A stretch of 52,787 nt of DNA from an uncultured beta proteobacterium. Lineage in GTDB: Bacteria; Pseudomonadota; Gammaproteobacteria; Burkholderiales; SG8-39. The translations under genes were made by a program, and so were the position numbers. Under the pieces are notes generated by a model that saw nothing but the letters and a program-made list of their open reading frames with translations, was not told where the DNA came from and ran no database searches. Below, in pieces: positions 9,404 to 17,233 of this stretch; position 1 is the first letter of the stretch; each line of letters begins with the position of its first letter. Location of the stretch: the NCBI GenBank assembly GCA_902825905.1, contig CADECO010000004.1:1-52787 (forward strand). Reading direction: 5' to 3'.

Positions 9404-10010
9404 GATCAAGGTGCGAGGGGCAGTACTACGCCGCGAACGCTTTGCGCGTTTGCGCGCCGAGTGTCTGGTTTCGTCCTGACTCAAATGGCTGCTTCGGGTC
9501 GCGTACAGCCGATCACCGCAGGCGCAAGGAGTCGTTCGCGAATCGCCACCCGGCCGGCCACGGTCGAGTGACCGGTGATGAAGGCGGAGCGGTCGATCGA
9601 GGCTGTGGTCTTCGAGCGACGGGTGATCGCGGCAGCCGCCGTTGAGGCCGCGGACGGCGATTGACCGTGTTCAGTCTGAAACGGTTGTCTGGCAGTGCGA
9701 CAGGGGCGGTTCTTGACCGGTGAGGCTAGTTGACGAAGTCGCATGTCGACCACGGAACAAGTGCAGCGAACCATTCCGAGGCGGCCCTTCGCTTCCCGCC
9801 TGATCGCCGCGATGCCGTTCCGGTGTGGCGCGACTGGCGAGATCGACAACAGCCATACGCCGCACGGATTTCTTTCGAGCTGCCCGTCGGGGGGGGATGG
9901 CGACCGGTTCAAGATGCTACGCGTCGGCATCCGCTTTCTGTTGGCGGAGTCTGCCGAGATCGTCTGATAGCGTCTTGCCAACCACGACCGCGCTCTGCAG
10001 TACGCTCGAG

Positions 10011-10038
10011 AAAACTACGCTCGCTAGGAAGAGCGTAG
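10011..10038 (-). terminator. Likely intrinsic terminator of the coupling-protein operon
   Basis: The minus strand reads CTACGCTC-ttcctagc-GAGCGTAG followed by TTTTCT. This is an 8-bp perfect stem with an 8-nt loop, about 50 nt after the stop at 10090. Confidence 0.5.
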
Positions 10039-10089
10039 CCCTCAAGACGCCGAGGCTTGCGCGAAACACGACAGCGCAGAAAGTGCGGA

Positions 10090-11514
10090 TCAAGTCGGGC
10101 CTCGCGCTTCTTGTTCGAACGAAGAAAAGTGCGTCTCGAATTTGTCGGCGAGATCGAGTCCAGCTCGCCTGCGCGCCTCGTAGCGAACAATCTCGAAGCG
10201 TTGGTCTCGCACCGGCTCAACCCGCGGAAACTTGACCTTGTATCCGGCATGCGCGCCTTTGATCAACACAAACGCTTCGCCGATATCGAGCCCTGAAAAC
10301 TCATCGGGCCGCACGCGATAGTCGTACTGCTCTCGGGTCGTGACTGATTCAGAGTTGGATTGCCCCGTGTTGTGGAACAGTTCCAGGTTCAGATTGACGT
10401 TGCCTGAAGACCGACTCTGTCCGCGCGATTCCATGCGGAACTGCCGCAGAACCTCGCCCGTGACGCGCGCTGCCCACTCGCAGGTATTCACGTCCCCCAG
10501 TTGCAGAAAAGTCTGGATCTCGGTGTTGCCGATAACTTGGTCGGCCAAATCGTCGCTGACGTTCTTCAGGTTCGCATATGTTTGGAACATCGGGATCAGC
10601 GCTACCCGCGCCCCGCGCGCCATCTCGAACAGTTGCGCGACGAGCTTGTTCGCGTAGGCGCCGAACTCGTCCATCCACACTTGATGCGGCACCAGCGGTA
10701 GCTTCCAGCTCGGCCGCCGATACAGCTGCGCGAGCGTACTGCGCAGATCGCTCAGGAACAGCTTGGCGAAAGCAATCGCCGCCTCGCTCTTGTCGAGCGA
10801 AGGGATCATGAAATAGACGATCTGGTAGTTATCGATCGCCTGCAGCAGATCGACCTCGGGGTTGTAGCTGTTGAGTACCTTGCCCATCTCGCCGACCGAA
10901 TAGATGAACAGCCGCGACACCACCCCGCCCACCTGCTGGCGTAACGCCTGGGTGTTGATGCGCATGCGCTTGTGCACCGGGTCGTACACCCGATACGACT
11001 CGAGCCAGATCTCGAAGCTCTGCCGCGCTTCGTTGGGTGGCAAGCGCCGCAGGAACCAGTCCATCGCTTCGGGGTTAGTGAGCAGGATGAACAGGTCCTT
11101 GGCGTTGTAGGCCAGGCCGGTGGACTTGATCGCCGTGAGCACCGCGGTGAGCCCGAGATTGGACTGCGATCGAAAGTGCTCGGCGGTCGGGTTGTTGCCG
11201 ACATCGACCGTATCGGTGAAGCGCGACGCAACGGCGACGGCGTCACCTCGCAACAGGGGGCTATAAGTGTGGCTCTCGCTGGCGTTGTCGATGTTGACCA
11301 CTCGAAAGTCCGCCTGCCGGCCATAGGTGTGGCACAGCGACACCAGCTTGTCGCGAAACTCGAAGTCATTCTTCGAATCGAGAATGAACGCGCCGCCCCC
11401 ACGCTTGAGCTGCTGGGCGAGCCGATGCAGGAGGTAGTTCGATTTGCCCGATCCTGAGCGTCCGGTGACCGACTCGTGGCGCAGCGCGCCTTCGTCGGTC
11501 AAGTACAGGTTCAC
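10090..11514 (-). CDS. Type IV coupling protein-like ATPase (VirD4/TraD/TraG family) lacking its membrane anchor
   Basis: GTG start. Walker A GRSGSGKS (11440-11463), Walker B-like VWMDEFG, then ARGARVALIPMFQTYANL as in T4CP C-terminal modules. No N-terminal TM segment. Confidence 0.75.
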   Translation of the reverse strand: MNLYLTDEGALRHESVTGRSGSGKSNYLLHRLAQQLKRGGGAFILDSKNDFEFRDKLVSLCHTYGRQADFRVVNIDNASESHTYSPLLRGDAVAVASRFTDTVDVGNNPTAEHFRSQSNLGLTAVLTAIKSTGLAYNAKDLFILLTNPEAMDWFLRRLPPNEARQSFEIWLESYRVYDPVHKRMRINTQALRQQVGGVVSRLFIYSVGEMGKVLNSYNPEVDLLQAIDNYQIVYFMIPSLDKSEAAIAFAKLFLSDLRSTLAQLYRRPSWKLPLVPHQVWMDEFGAYANKLVAQLFEMARGARVALIPMFQTYANLKNVSDDLADQVIGNTEIQTFLQLGDVNTCEWAARVTGEVLRQFRMESRGQSRSSGNVNLNLELFHNTGQSNSESVTTREQYDYRVRPDEFSGLDIGEAFVLIKGAHAGYKVKFPRVEPVRDQRFEIVRYEARRRAGLDLADKFETHFSSFEQEARGPT

Positions 11515-11795
11515 TAGCGCCGTTCCTTAATCGTTCCGAGCAGGTGCCAGTGGGCGGGTTCGCGTTTGAGCGACGGTGTCGCGATCGCGCAGGTTCGGTA
11601 CTCGCGGATCGGGCGAAGAGACTCGCTGGCCCAGAGGAAAAAAGCGTGGATGCGATCGACCGGGAACGAGGCGAGGATGCCGCTTGCGAGGAAGAAGAGG
11701 GCGCTCAGCCCGGGGACATCGAGGGCGGGATGCAAGGTGGCGAGTGTCCCGGCATACAGAACGATAAAGAACGCGACGCTGCGGAGGGTCGCCAT
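11514..11795 (-). CDS. Small two-TM membrane protein, putative detached membrane anchor of the coupling protein
   Basis: ORF 11514..11846 (GTG) or ATG 11795 (MATLRSVAFFIVLYAGTLATL...LSALFFLASGILASF gives two hydrophobic helices). Its TAG stop overlaps the GTG start of the ATPase by 1 nt (TAGTG). The start choice is uncertain. Confidence 0.5.
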   Translation of the reverse strand: MATLRSVAFFIVLYAGTLATLHPALDVPGLSALFFLASGILASFPVDRIHAFFLWASESLRPIREYRTCAIATPSLKREPAHWHLLGTIKERR

Positions 11796-12347
11796 GGCTG
11801 AGCTGTTTGGAACCTTTTCATTTGTTCCGGCCGAGCGAAACGCCACCGGGTCATTTCACCGCGCACGCGGAGCGCGCGATTCCCGCGATGCGTGAAATGC
11901 TGATTCGCGCTCAAGCGCACGGGATCGATTCCGAACGCAACGCGACAGATCGGAACACGGCGCTACACGACGGGACAAAACGCGACACATTGCTACAGGA
12001 CGATCGGCGACCGCGAGGTGGAAGGTTCATTCCAGATCGATCGGTCGCAGCGGTTGAACCGTGCCGATTCGCTTCACTGCCGAGGAACAAATGGAAGACA
12101 TCCCTCCCCGCGGCACTTCGTGCGAACTGACCGGCAGTTCTATTCGCATCTCGATCGACATCTTGCTGAGCGCGATCGGCGGATCGCTCGGTTTCGACTC
12201 GCGGGCCATCCGCTGTACGTTCGCTTCGCCCGTCGACCGGCAAACTGTCTCAATCTGTCCTTCACGTACTTCCAGGTTGGGCGCTCGACCCTGCGACATC
12301 CCACGTCGCAACTTCTTCGTCACCACGGCGTTGCGCCCACGCGCGAA

Positions 12348-13181
12348 ATGCTGCGCGACATTCGGTCGATCTGGAACGTCGATTCTGCAATCGAGAGGAT
12401 GTTGAGCATTGCCGCTCAGGCCGTGCGCGATTCGAGCGACGTATGTCATGCCCTGCTCGGACCGAAAGCTTTGCCCTATCGGGTGGAGGTGATCGACATT
12501 GCAAGGTCGCCGATCCTGCTCGAACGCGGGGAGAGCGTGTACTCGCCGCTGCCCTACGCATCCCGGGCGCTCGCCTTATCGGCGGTGAACGGCACGCTGC
12601 TCGCACTGGCCAACGCCGTGAAGACCTACGTCGACACGCACGTCACGGCCGCGATCCGACAGCAAGCCGGCTACAACGTGCGCGCGAGCCTGATGATCTA
12701 CATCGAGCCCTCGCAAGGTGTCATGCCGGACAACGCCCACTGGCGTGCCTGGGTGCGTGATCTGCGTGCCAAGCGCTGGATCGCCCGCACGCGCGTGTTC
12801 GGCCGCAACAGTGAGCGGCCGGTCCAGATCCCGACTCCGCTCACGCTCCAGACCATTCGACTCCTTCACCTCGAAAACCACGCGCCGTTCTTTCTTGCCG
12901 CCTCGCGTGAGCTCGAACGGCTGCGCGGGATTCGCGCGCAAGCACGGCCGCTTTTCGAGCTGGTTCGTCGATTTTGGGCCGTGCCGAGTTCCGGTAATAC
13001 GGGGCCCTCTGGCGCCGATCGTACGCACGGTGGCGTTGGTCATCCGCAAGGCATTGATTCCACGGCGGCACCGGCTAGGACCCGACCAAGACGCTTGTCC
13101 GAATCGAGTTACTGCAATACGGCGCCACAAAGAGCGAGACGACAAAGACACACGAAGACGCACGAACGGGTTGGGACGTAA
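12348..13181 (+). CDS. Hypothetical protein preceding parM (start uncertain)
   Basis: It is the longest frame in the region (ORF 12018..13181). Coding-like GC3-rich codons run from about ATG 12348 (MLRDIRSIWNVDSAIERML...); the upstream part is Arg-rich and does not look coding. No motif recognised. Confidence 0.45.
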   Translation: MLRDIRSIWNVDSAIERMLSIAAQAVRDSSDVCHALLGPKALPYRVEVIDIARSPILLERGESVYSPLPYASRALALSAVNGTLLALANAVKTYVDTHVTAAIRQQAGYNVRASLMIYIEPSQGVMPDNAHWRAWVRDLRAKRWIARTRVFGRNSERPVQIPTPLTLQTIRLLHLENHAPFFLAASRELERLRGIRAQARPLFELVRRFWAVPSSGNTGPSGADRTHGGVGHPQGIDSTAAPARTRPRRLSESSYCNTAPQRARRQRHTKTHERVGT

Positions 13182-13193
13182 AGGGCACCGAAG

Positions 13194-14237
13194 ATGGAAT
13201 CAAACACAGTCGAAACGCGCGTCATGGACTTCGCCGGGATCAACGTAGGCCACGGCCACGTCAAGGTCCAAACCGATCGCACGTACGTCCAGTACGCATC
13301 GCTGGTGCAACGGGCGAACGATCGGCTTGCGATGGGCGCGTTGCGGGGAAGCGCACAGCGTGTCGTCGTGGAGGGGAGCGCCTACGACGTCGGCGACGAT
13401 GTGGCGCTCTCAGGCGATCTCAGCCTGGGTCGAACCGTCTTTGGCCACTGGGGCGACTCCGACATCTATCGCGTGCTCCGCCAGTCGGTGGTGGAGCGCT
13501 TGGCCGGCGAATCGCTCGGGCCCTGGGTCGTGATGCTCGGCATCCCGGTCGCTCAGTTCAAGGATCTCGCGTACCGGCGAGCGTTGGTGGCCGGGTGGCG
13601 CGGGACCCATGACACCACGCGCGGCGAGCTTCGCATCTTGCACGCAGGCGCGACACCGGAGCCGCTCGGGTCGTTCTGGGAGTACGCCAGCCGCGGGCCC
13701 GCGCAACGCCAACAGCTCGCCTCCGGGGACGTGGTGATCGTCGATTTCGGCTACTTCACCACCGACATCAACGCGGTGCGGCGCATGGTGCTCAACACGC
13801 ACATCGCCGATTCGATCGACAAGGGGATGCGCGAGGTCTATCGCGCGCTGGGTGACCTGCTTCTGTCGCGGCACGGCGTCAACTGCTCCGATGTCGAGGT
13901 CGAGATGGCACTCTTGGGCCAGTGGCCGATTCTGGTTTCCGGCCAACCCATCGAACCGGCCGGACTCGTGGACGAGGTGCTCGTGCAGGTCGGTGCCGAT
14001 CTCCTCCACTGGATGCGCGCCATCATGGGTCGCGCCTCCGGCGTGGTCCTCACCACCGGTGGTGGCGCGCACCTGATGACCCCGCTCGTGCGCAATGCGT
14101 TTCCGCGCGTGGAGGTGATCATGGTGCCCGATCCGCAGGCGGCTAATGCGCGGGGCTATCACCGTATGGCCACCAGCATTCCGAAGGCACTTACCACTGA
14201 GGCGAACCATCGTGACGAGCCAAGAGCGTTCCGGTGA
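13194..14237 (+). CDS. parM: ParM/StbA-family actin-like segregation ATPase
   Basis: Actin-fold motifs: FAGINVGHGHVKV (phosphate 1), VVIVDFGYFTTD (phosphate 2), VLTTGGGAHL (adenosine), DPQAANARGY at the C-terminus. An alternative start is ATG 13224. Confidence 0.75.
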   Translation: MESNTVETRVMDFAGINVGHGHVKVQTDRTYVQYASLVQRANDRLAMGALRGSAQRVVVEGSAYDVGDDVALSGDLSLGRTVFGHWGDSDIYRVLRQSVVERLAGESLGPWVVMLGIPVAQFKDLAYRRALVAGWRGTHDTTRGELRILHAGATPEPLGSFWEYASRGPAQRQQLASGDVVIVDFGYFTTDINAVRRMVLNTHIADSIDKGMREVYRALGDLLLSRHGVNCSDVEVEMALLGQWPILVSGQPIEPAGLVDEVLVQVGADLLHWMRAIMGRASGVVLTTGGGAHLMTPLVRNAFPRVEVIMVPDPQAANARGYHRMATSIPKALTTEANHRDEPRAFR

Positions 14238-14775
14238 TAACCCTCGTCGACCACGCCGATTGTCGGTGCGGCTCGATGCGCGCGCCGATGCCCCACTCAT
14301 GATCGAGCTCGAGCGCACCTTGAAAGGCAGACGGGGCGCGCGATTGCTCGAGCTCATGCACCTGGGTTCGGATAGTGAACGTCGGGCCATCGCCAGCCCT
14401 GTAAGCCCTCTATTCGGGACTCTCGAGGACAGAGCACGCCCCAATTGCAGTCACATGCAAGTCGCGATGACGTTCGGTGCCGCGTCCTCGGAGTTACTAC
14501 TCGATCTGATGTCCGCCCCGAAGCGCACCACACGAATGCGTGCGCTCGCGCTGAAGGGATTGCAGCTCGGCACCGCCCGTTCGGAAAATGTTGCGACGGT
14601 GCGCTGCGCGCGAGTACCCGAGGAGCGCGGGCCCGACCTGTTCGACGAGCAGTCACTCCCTACGATCGCCTCCGGCCCTCCCAACTCGATCGGCGCGACC
14701 ACGATCGCCCGAGCCGACGCGGCTGAACTCGCCCAGGAAGCGATGGTTGCCGAATTCTTGAAGGAAAGCTGGTGA
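14212..14775 (+). CDS. Tandem ribbon-helix-helix-like DNA-binding protein (ParR-like adaptor or TraY-like accessory)
   Basis: ORF 14146..14775 with a plausible GTG at 14212 that overlaps the parM end. There are two RHH-like units (RLSVRLDARADAPLMIELERT..RGARLLELMHLG and QVAMTFGAASSELLLDLMS..RMRALALKGLQLG). It sits immediately after parM, and its stop overlaps the next start (GTGA). Confidence 0.45.
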   Translation: MTSQERSGDNPRRPRRLSVRLDARADAPLMIELERTLKGRRGARLLELMHLGSDSERRAIASPVSPLFGTLEDRARPNCSHMQVAMTFGAASSELLLDLMSAPKRTTRMRALALKGLQLGTARSENVATVRCARVPEERGPDLFDEQSLPTIASGPPNSIGATTIARADAAELAQEAMVAEFLKESW

Positions 14776-15596
14776 GCGCAGCTCGCTACTGCTTCGCCGC
14801 TTGCGCCATCATTTGGGCAGCGCTTGCCTTCGGCGCGACGACCATCAGCATCGATCGGATCATGCTCGCGATCCGCGCAGTGGAATCCGGCGGTCACCCG
14901 TACGCGATTCGCGACAACACCGCCAATCGGTCGTACTTCCTGGGGTCCCGCGACGAAGCTATCGCCAAAGTGCGCGAGCTGGTCGCCCGCAACCACAACA
15001 TCGACATGGGGCCGATGCAGATCAACTCGATCCATCTGCGCCGTCCCGGCATCTCGATCGACACCATCTTCGACGCGGGCATCCAATCATCACTCGCGCG
15101 CACGATCTTCGATGAGTTTCATACCCAGTCGAAGGCGATCCACGGCGATTCCGACTTGGCGTTGTGGCGTGCGGTGGGTGCCTACAACATGGGCGTGGCC
15201 GGCCTACGTTTCGACAACACCGCCTACATCAGCAAGGTCATGGCGCAGGTGGGCATCGCACGCGTAGCGCCTGGAGCGGAAGTCAGCCACGGATCAGGTG
15301 CGTTGCAAGGAGTTGTCAATCTTGCCGAGCAGCTGACGCGATTCGCGACGCCGTTCCAGTGGCGGATCGGCGAGCGGATCGAGCTTGGCGAAAGCATCGA
15401 GAGGCTTTCTGCCGACGCGGAACTCTGGGAGGGCACCGACATCGCTGGCGGATTGCTGCTGCTGATCATTGCGATCGCGGTGCTCTTCCTGATCGCGAAG
15501 CTGGGATTGATCTATGCGACCGCGAAGGTGATCACGAAGCTCACTGCGAGCCAGGCGATCGCGCAGATGACCAGACGCCGGCAAACACCAACTTAG
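14772..15596 (+). CDS. Lytic transglycosylase (SLT domain, VirB1/IagB-like) with a C-terminal TM helix
   Basis: Catalytic Glu context AIRAVESGG, GPMQINSIHL and GAYNMG motifs. N-terminal signal and a C-terminal helix LLLLIIAIAVLFLIAKLGLIYA. SD AAGGAAAG lies before GTG 14772. Confidence 0.8.
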   Translation: MSAARYCFAACAIIWAALAFGATTISIDRIMLAIRAVESGGHPYAIRDNTANRSYFLGSRDEAIAKVRELVARNHNIDMGPMQINSIHLRRPGISIDTIFDAGIQSSLARTIFDEFHTQSKAIHGDSDLALWRAVGAYNMGVAGLRFDNTAYISKVMAQVGIARVAPGAEVSHGSGALQGVVNLAEQLTRFATPFQWRIGERIELGESIERLSADAELWEGTDIAGGLLLLIIAIAVLFLIAKLGLIYATAKVITKLTASQAIAQMTRRRQTPT

Positions 15597-15967
15597 CAAG
15601 GGCATCGGCGCCGAGGAACATTCCTGGTGAGTGTTGACTGAAGGTACGCATCACGTTTTGTAGCCCATTGACGGCGCCGCTGGGCTGGCGCGACCTGTAC
15701 ACCTTGAATTGCCGACTTGGCTGGCGCGTTCGCTGGATCAAGTCCAACGCGACCATCGTAGTTCGATTGCGATGGTCTGCGAACGAATCGCTATCGAATT
15801 GGCGTGAGGCCCTCCCGTTCTTCGATGAACTATGCCCTCGCGTCGCCCCTCGGAGCCAGTGTTGCCCAATCGCTGCGCACGGCCATCGATCAATTCCGCA
15901 TGAGCAACGAACGGTAGGGCCTTCAGCCCACCGTCGTGCTCCAAACGATATCCAAAGGAGTCATCCC

Positions 15968-16564
15968 ATGCATCTTGCTTTTGGTGCACCGATCGACACG
16001 CTGTCCAACTGCGACCTGGTACGCCTGGTCGGAGGTGCGCGTGCCGTGTCCATGCTTCAACAAACCGGGAGCCTTCGCTGCCTTATGAACGAAGCGCTTC
16101 CGCGTGGTCGAGTCGACGGCATCGTGCACGCCAAGCTGTACGGATCGTACGTGCTTGCGCGTCGCATCGTCATGGAGGATCTACAGCGAGTTCCGCTGAC
16201 GAATCCCGCAAGCGTGCGCGAGTACTTGAGCTTGGCATTGGCAACCAAGCCGTGCGAGGTGTTCATGTCGCTGTACTTGGACTCGCAGTCGCGACTGATC
16301 GTCGCCGAGGAAAGCTTTCGGGGGACGCTAGGCCAGACGAGTGTCTATCCGCGCGAAATCGTGAAGCGGGCTCTCGAGCTCAACGCCGGTGCTGTGATCT
16401 TCGCGCACTCGCACCCATCGGGCGTCGCCGAACCAAGCGACGCGGATCGCCAGCTGACCGATCGCCTCCAACGCGCGCTTGCGCTCGTCGATGTTCGCGT
16501 TCTCGATCACTTCATCGTCGCCGGCTCATCCACGACTTCATTCTCCGAACGTGGACTCCTGTGA
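15968..16564 (+). CDS. radC: RadC-family JAB/MPN domain protein
   Basis: ORF 15668..16564 trimmed to ATG 15968, preceded by AAGGAG (15955-15960). JAMM motif FAHSHPSGVAEPSDADRQLT. C-terminal DHFIV. Confidence 0.9.
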   Translation: MHLAFGAPIDTLSNCDLVRLVGGARAVSMLQQTGSLRCLMNEALPRGRVDGIVHAKLYGSYVLARRIVMEDLQRVPLTNPASVREYLSLALATKPCEVFMSLYLDSQSRLIVAEESFRGTLGQTSVYPREIVKRALELNAGAVIFAHSHPSGVAEPSDADRQLTDRLQRALALVDVRVLDHFIVAGSSTTSFSERGLL

Positions 16565-16603
16565 GCTCCTCGTTCTTCACTTCCAGCACCTCCGAGAAAT
16601 CTC

Positions 16604-17107
16604 ATGAACGAATTCATCAGCATCGGCTCGGCACCTGCACGCGAGCAGGGCACCAGCATCGGCCGGCCAAACTATGACGAGCGATCGCGCCATGAGTGTC
16701 GGGTTTTCCGGCGCATGCTCCTTCGCCTGATACCAATACCACTCGGATGTTCCGCGACGATCGAGGTGCGTAGCGCCCCGAACAAGCGCGGGACTTACCG
16801 CGAAGTCGGTGTCAGGTACAAGACCGATGATTCGGTCGCGATCCGATACGCGCTGCAAGTCGAGCGAGCCGCGCCGCAGCATTGGGACGACATCGCGCGC
16901 AACGAGTTGCTCTGGTATGAACGCAAGGCGGCGTTCACGCGACTGTTGCTGCGCGGCGACGTGAAGCCGAGGGAGATTCCGAAGATCTTTCAGCGGCTAG
17001 AACCGCCGTTGCCAGAGGAGCTTGTCGCGATGTTCGGCGCTTCCGCTGCCTTGCATTCTTCGGACGCGGACACGGTAGTCGGTCCGACACGTCAACTGAA
17101 CATCTGA
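16604..17107 (+). CDS. Hypothetical protein downstream of radC
   Basis: 167-aa ORF with a coding-like composition. No motif recognised. It is followed by a hairpin at 17124-17146. Confidence 0.5.
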   Translation: MNEFISIGSAPAREQGTSIGRPNYDERSRHECRVFRRMLLRLIPIPLGCSATIEVRSAPNKRGTYREVGVRYKTDDSVAIRYALQVERAAPQHWDDIARNELLWYERKAAFTRLLLRGDVKPREIPKIFQRLEPPLPEELVAMFGASAALHSSDADTVVGPTRQLNI

Positions 17108-17123
17108 ACTACTGCTTCAGAGC

Positions 17124-17160
17124 CCTCGCGCCGCGGTTGCGCGAGGAGTCTTCGGTTTTC
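17124..17160 (+). terminator. Possible intrinsic terminator ending the backbone block
   Basis: CCTCGCGC-cgcggtt-GCGCGAGG (8-bp GC-rich stem), followed 8 nt later by TTTTCTT. The non-canonical spacing lowers confidence. Confidence 0.4.
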
Positions 17161-17233
17161 TTGTAACCGGCGTGTTCGCGTGTAGAGGTACGGGGGCGCG
17201 CGCGTCGGAACGTCGGTTCGCGTCAGTTCCATT

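Larger units (their letters stand above)
10090..17107. mobile_element. Plasmid/ICE-derived backbone remnant (coupling protein, partition, transglycosylase, RadC) without a visible relaxase, T4SS or integrase
   Basis: The gene content is listed above. Two divergent units flank a repeat-rich intergenic region at 11847-12347. Confidence 0.5.

Noticed and set aside
9481-9981. 166-aa minus-strand ORF whose tail (..FITGHSTVAGRVAIRE..) faintly recalls a tyrosine-recombinase C-terminus.
   Set aside because: It has no R..HxxR..Y pattern or any other catalytic motif. The remainder is Arg/Ser/Pro-rich. It is treated as non-coding or, at best, an unrecognisable relic.
13410-14444. Long antisense ORFs opposite real genes. 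Examples: 13410..14444 (344 aa), 591..1186, 1170..1907, 3251..4048, 21440..22429, 22697..23725, 18595..19479, 24859..25665, 36601..37359, 41577..42425 and 49706..50716.
   Set aside because: They are Arg/Gly/His/Pro-rich, low-complexity translations of the kind produced by shadow frames in high-GC DNA. Each lies fully opposite an ORF that has clear family motifs.
15668-15967. Upstream 100 codons of the radC ORF.
   Set aside because: AAGGAG lies at the ideal distance before ATG 15968. RadC-family similarity starts only there, and the upstream translation looks non-coding.
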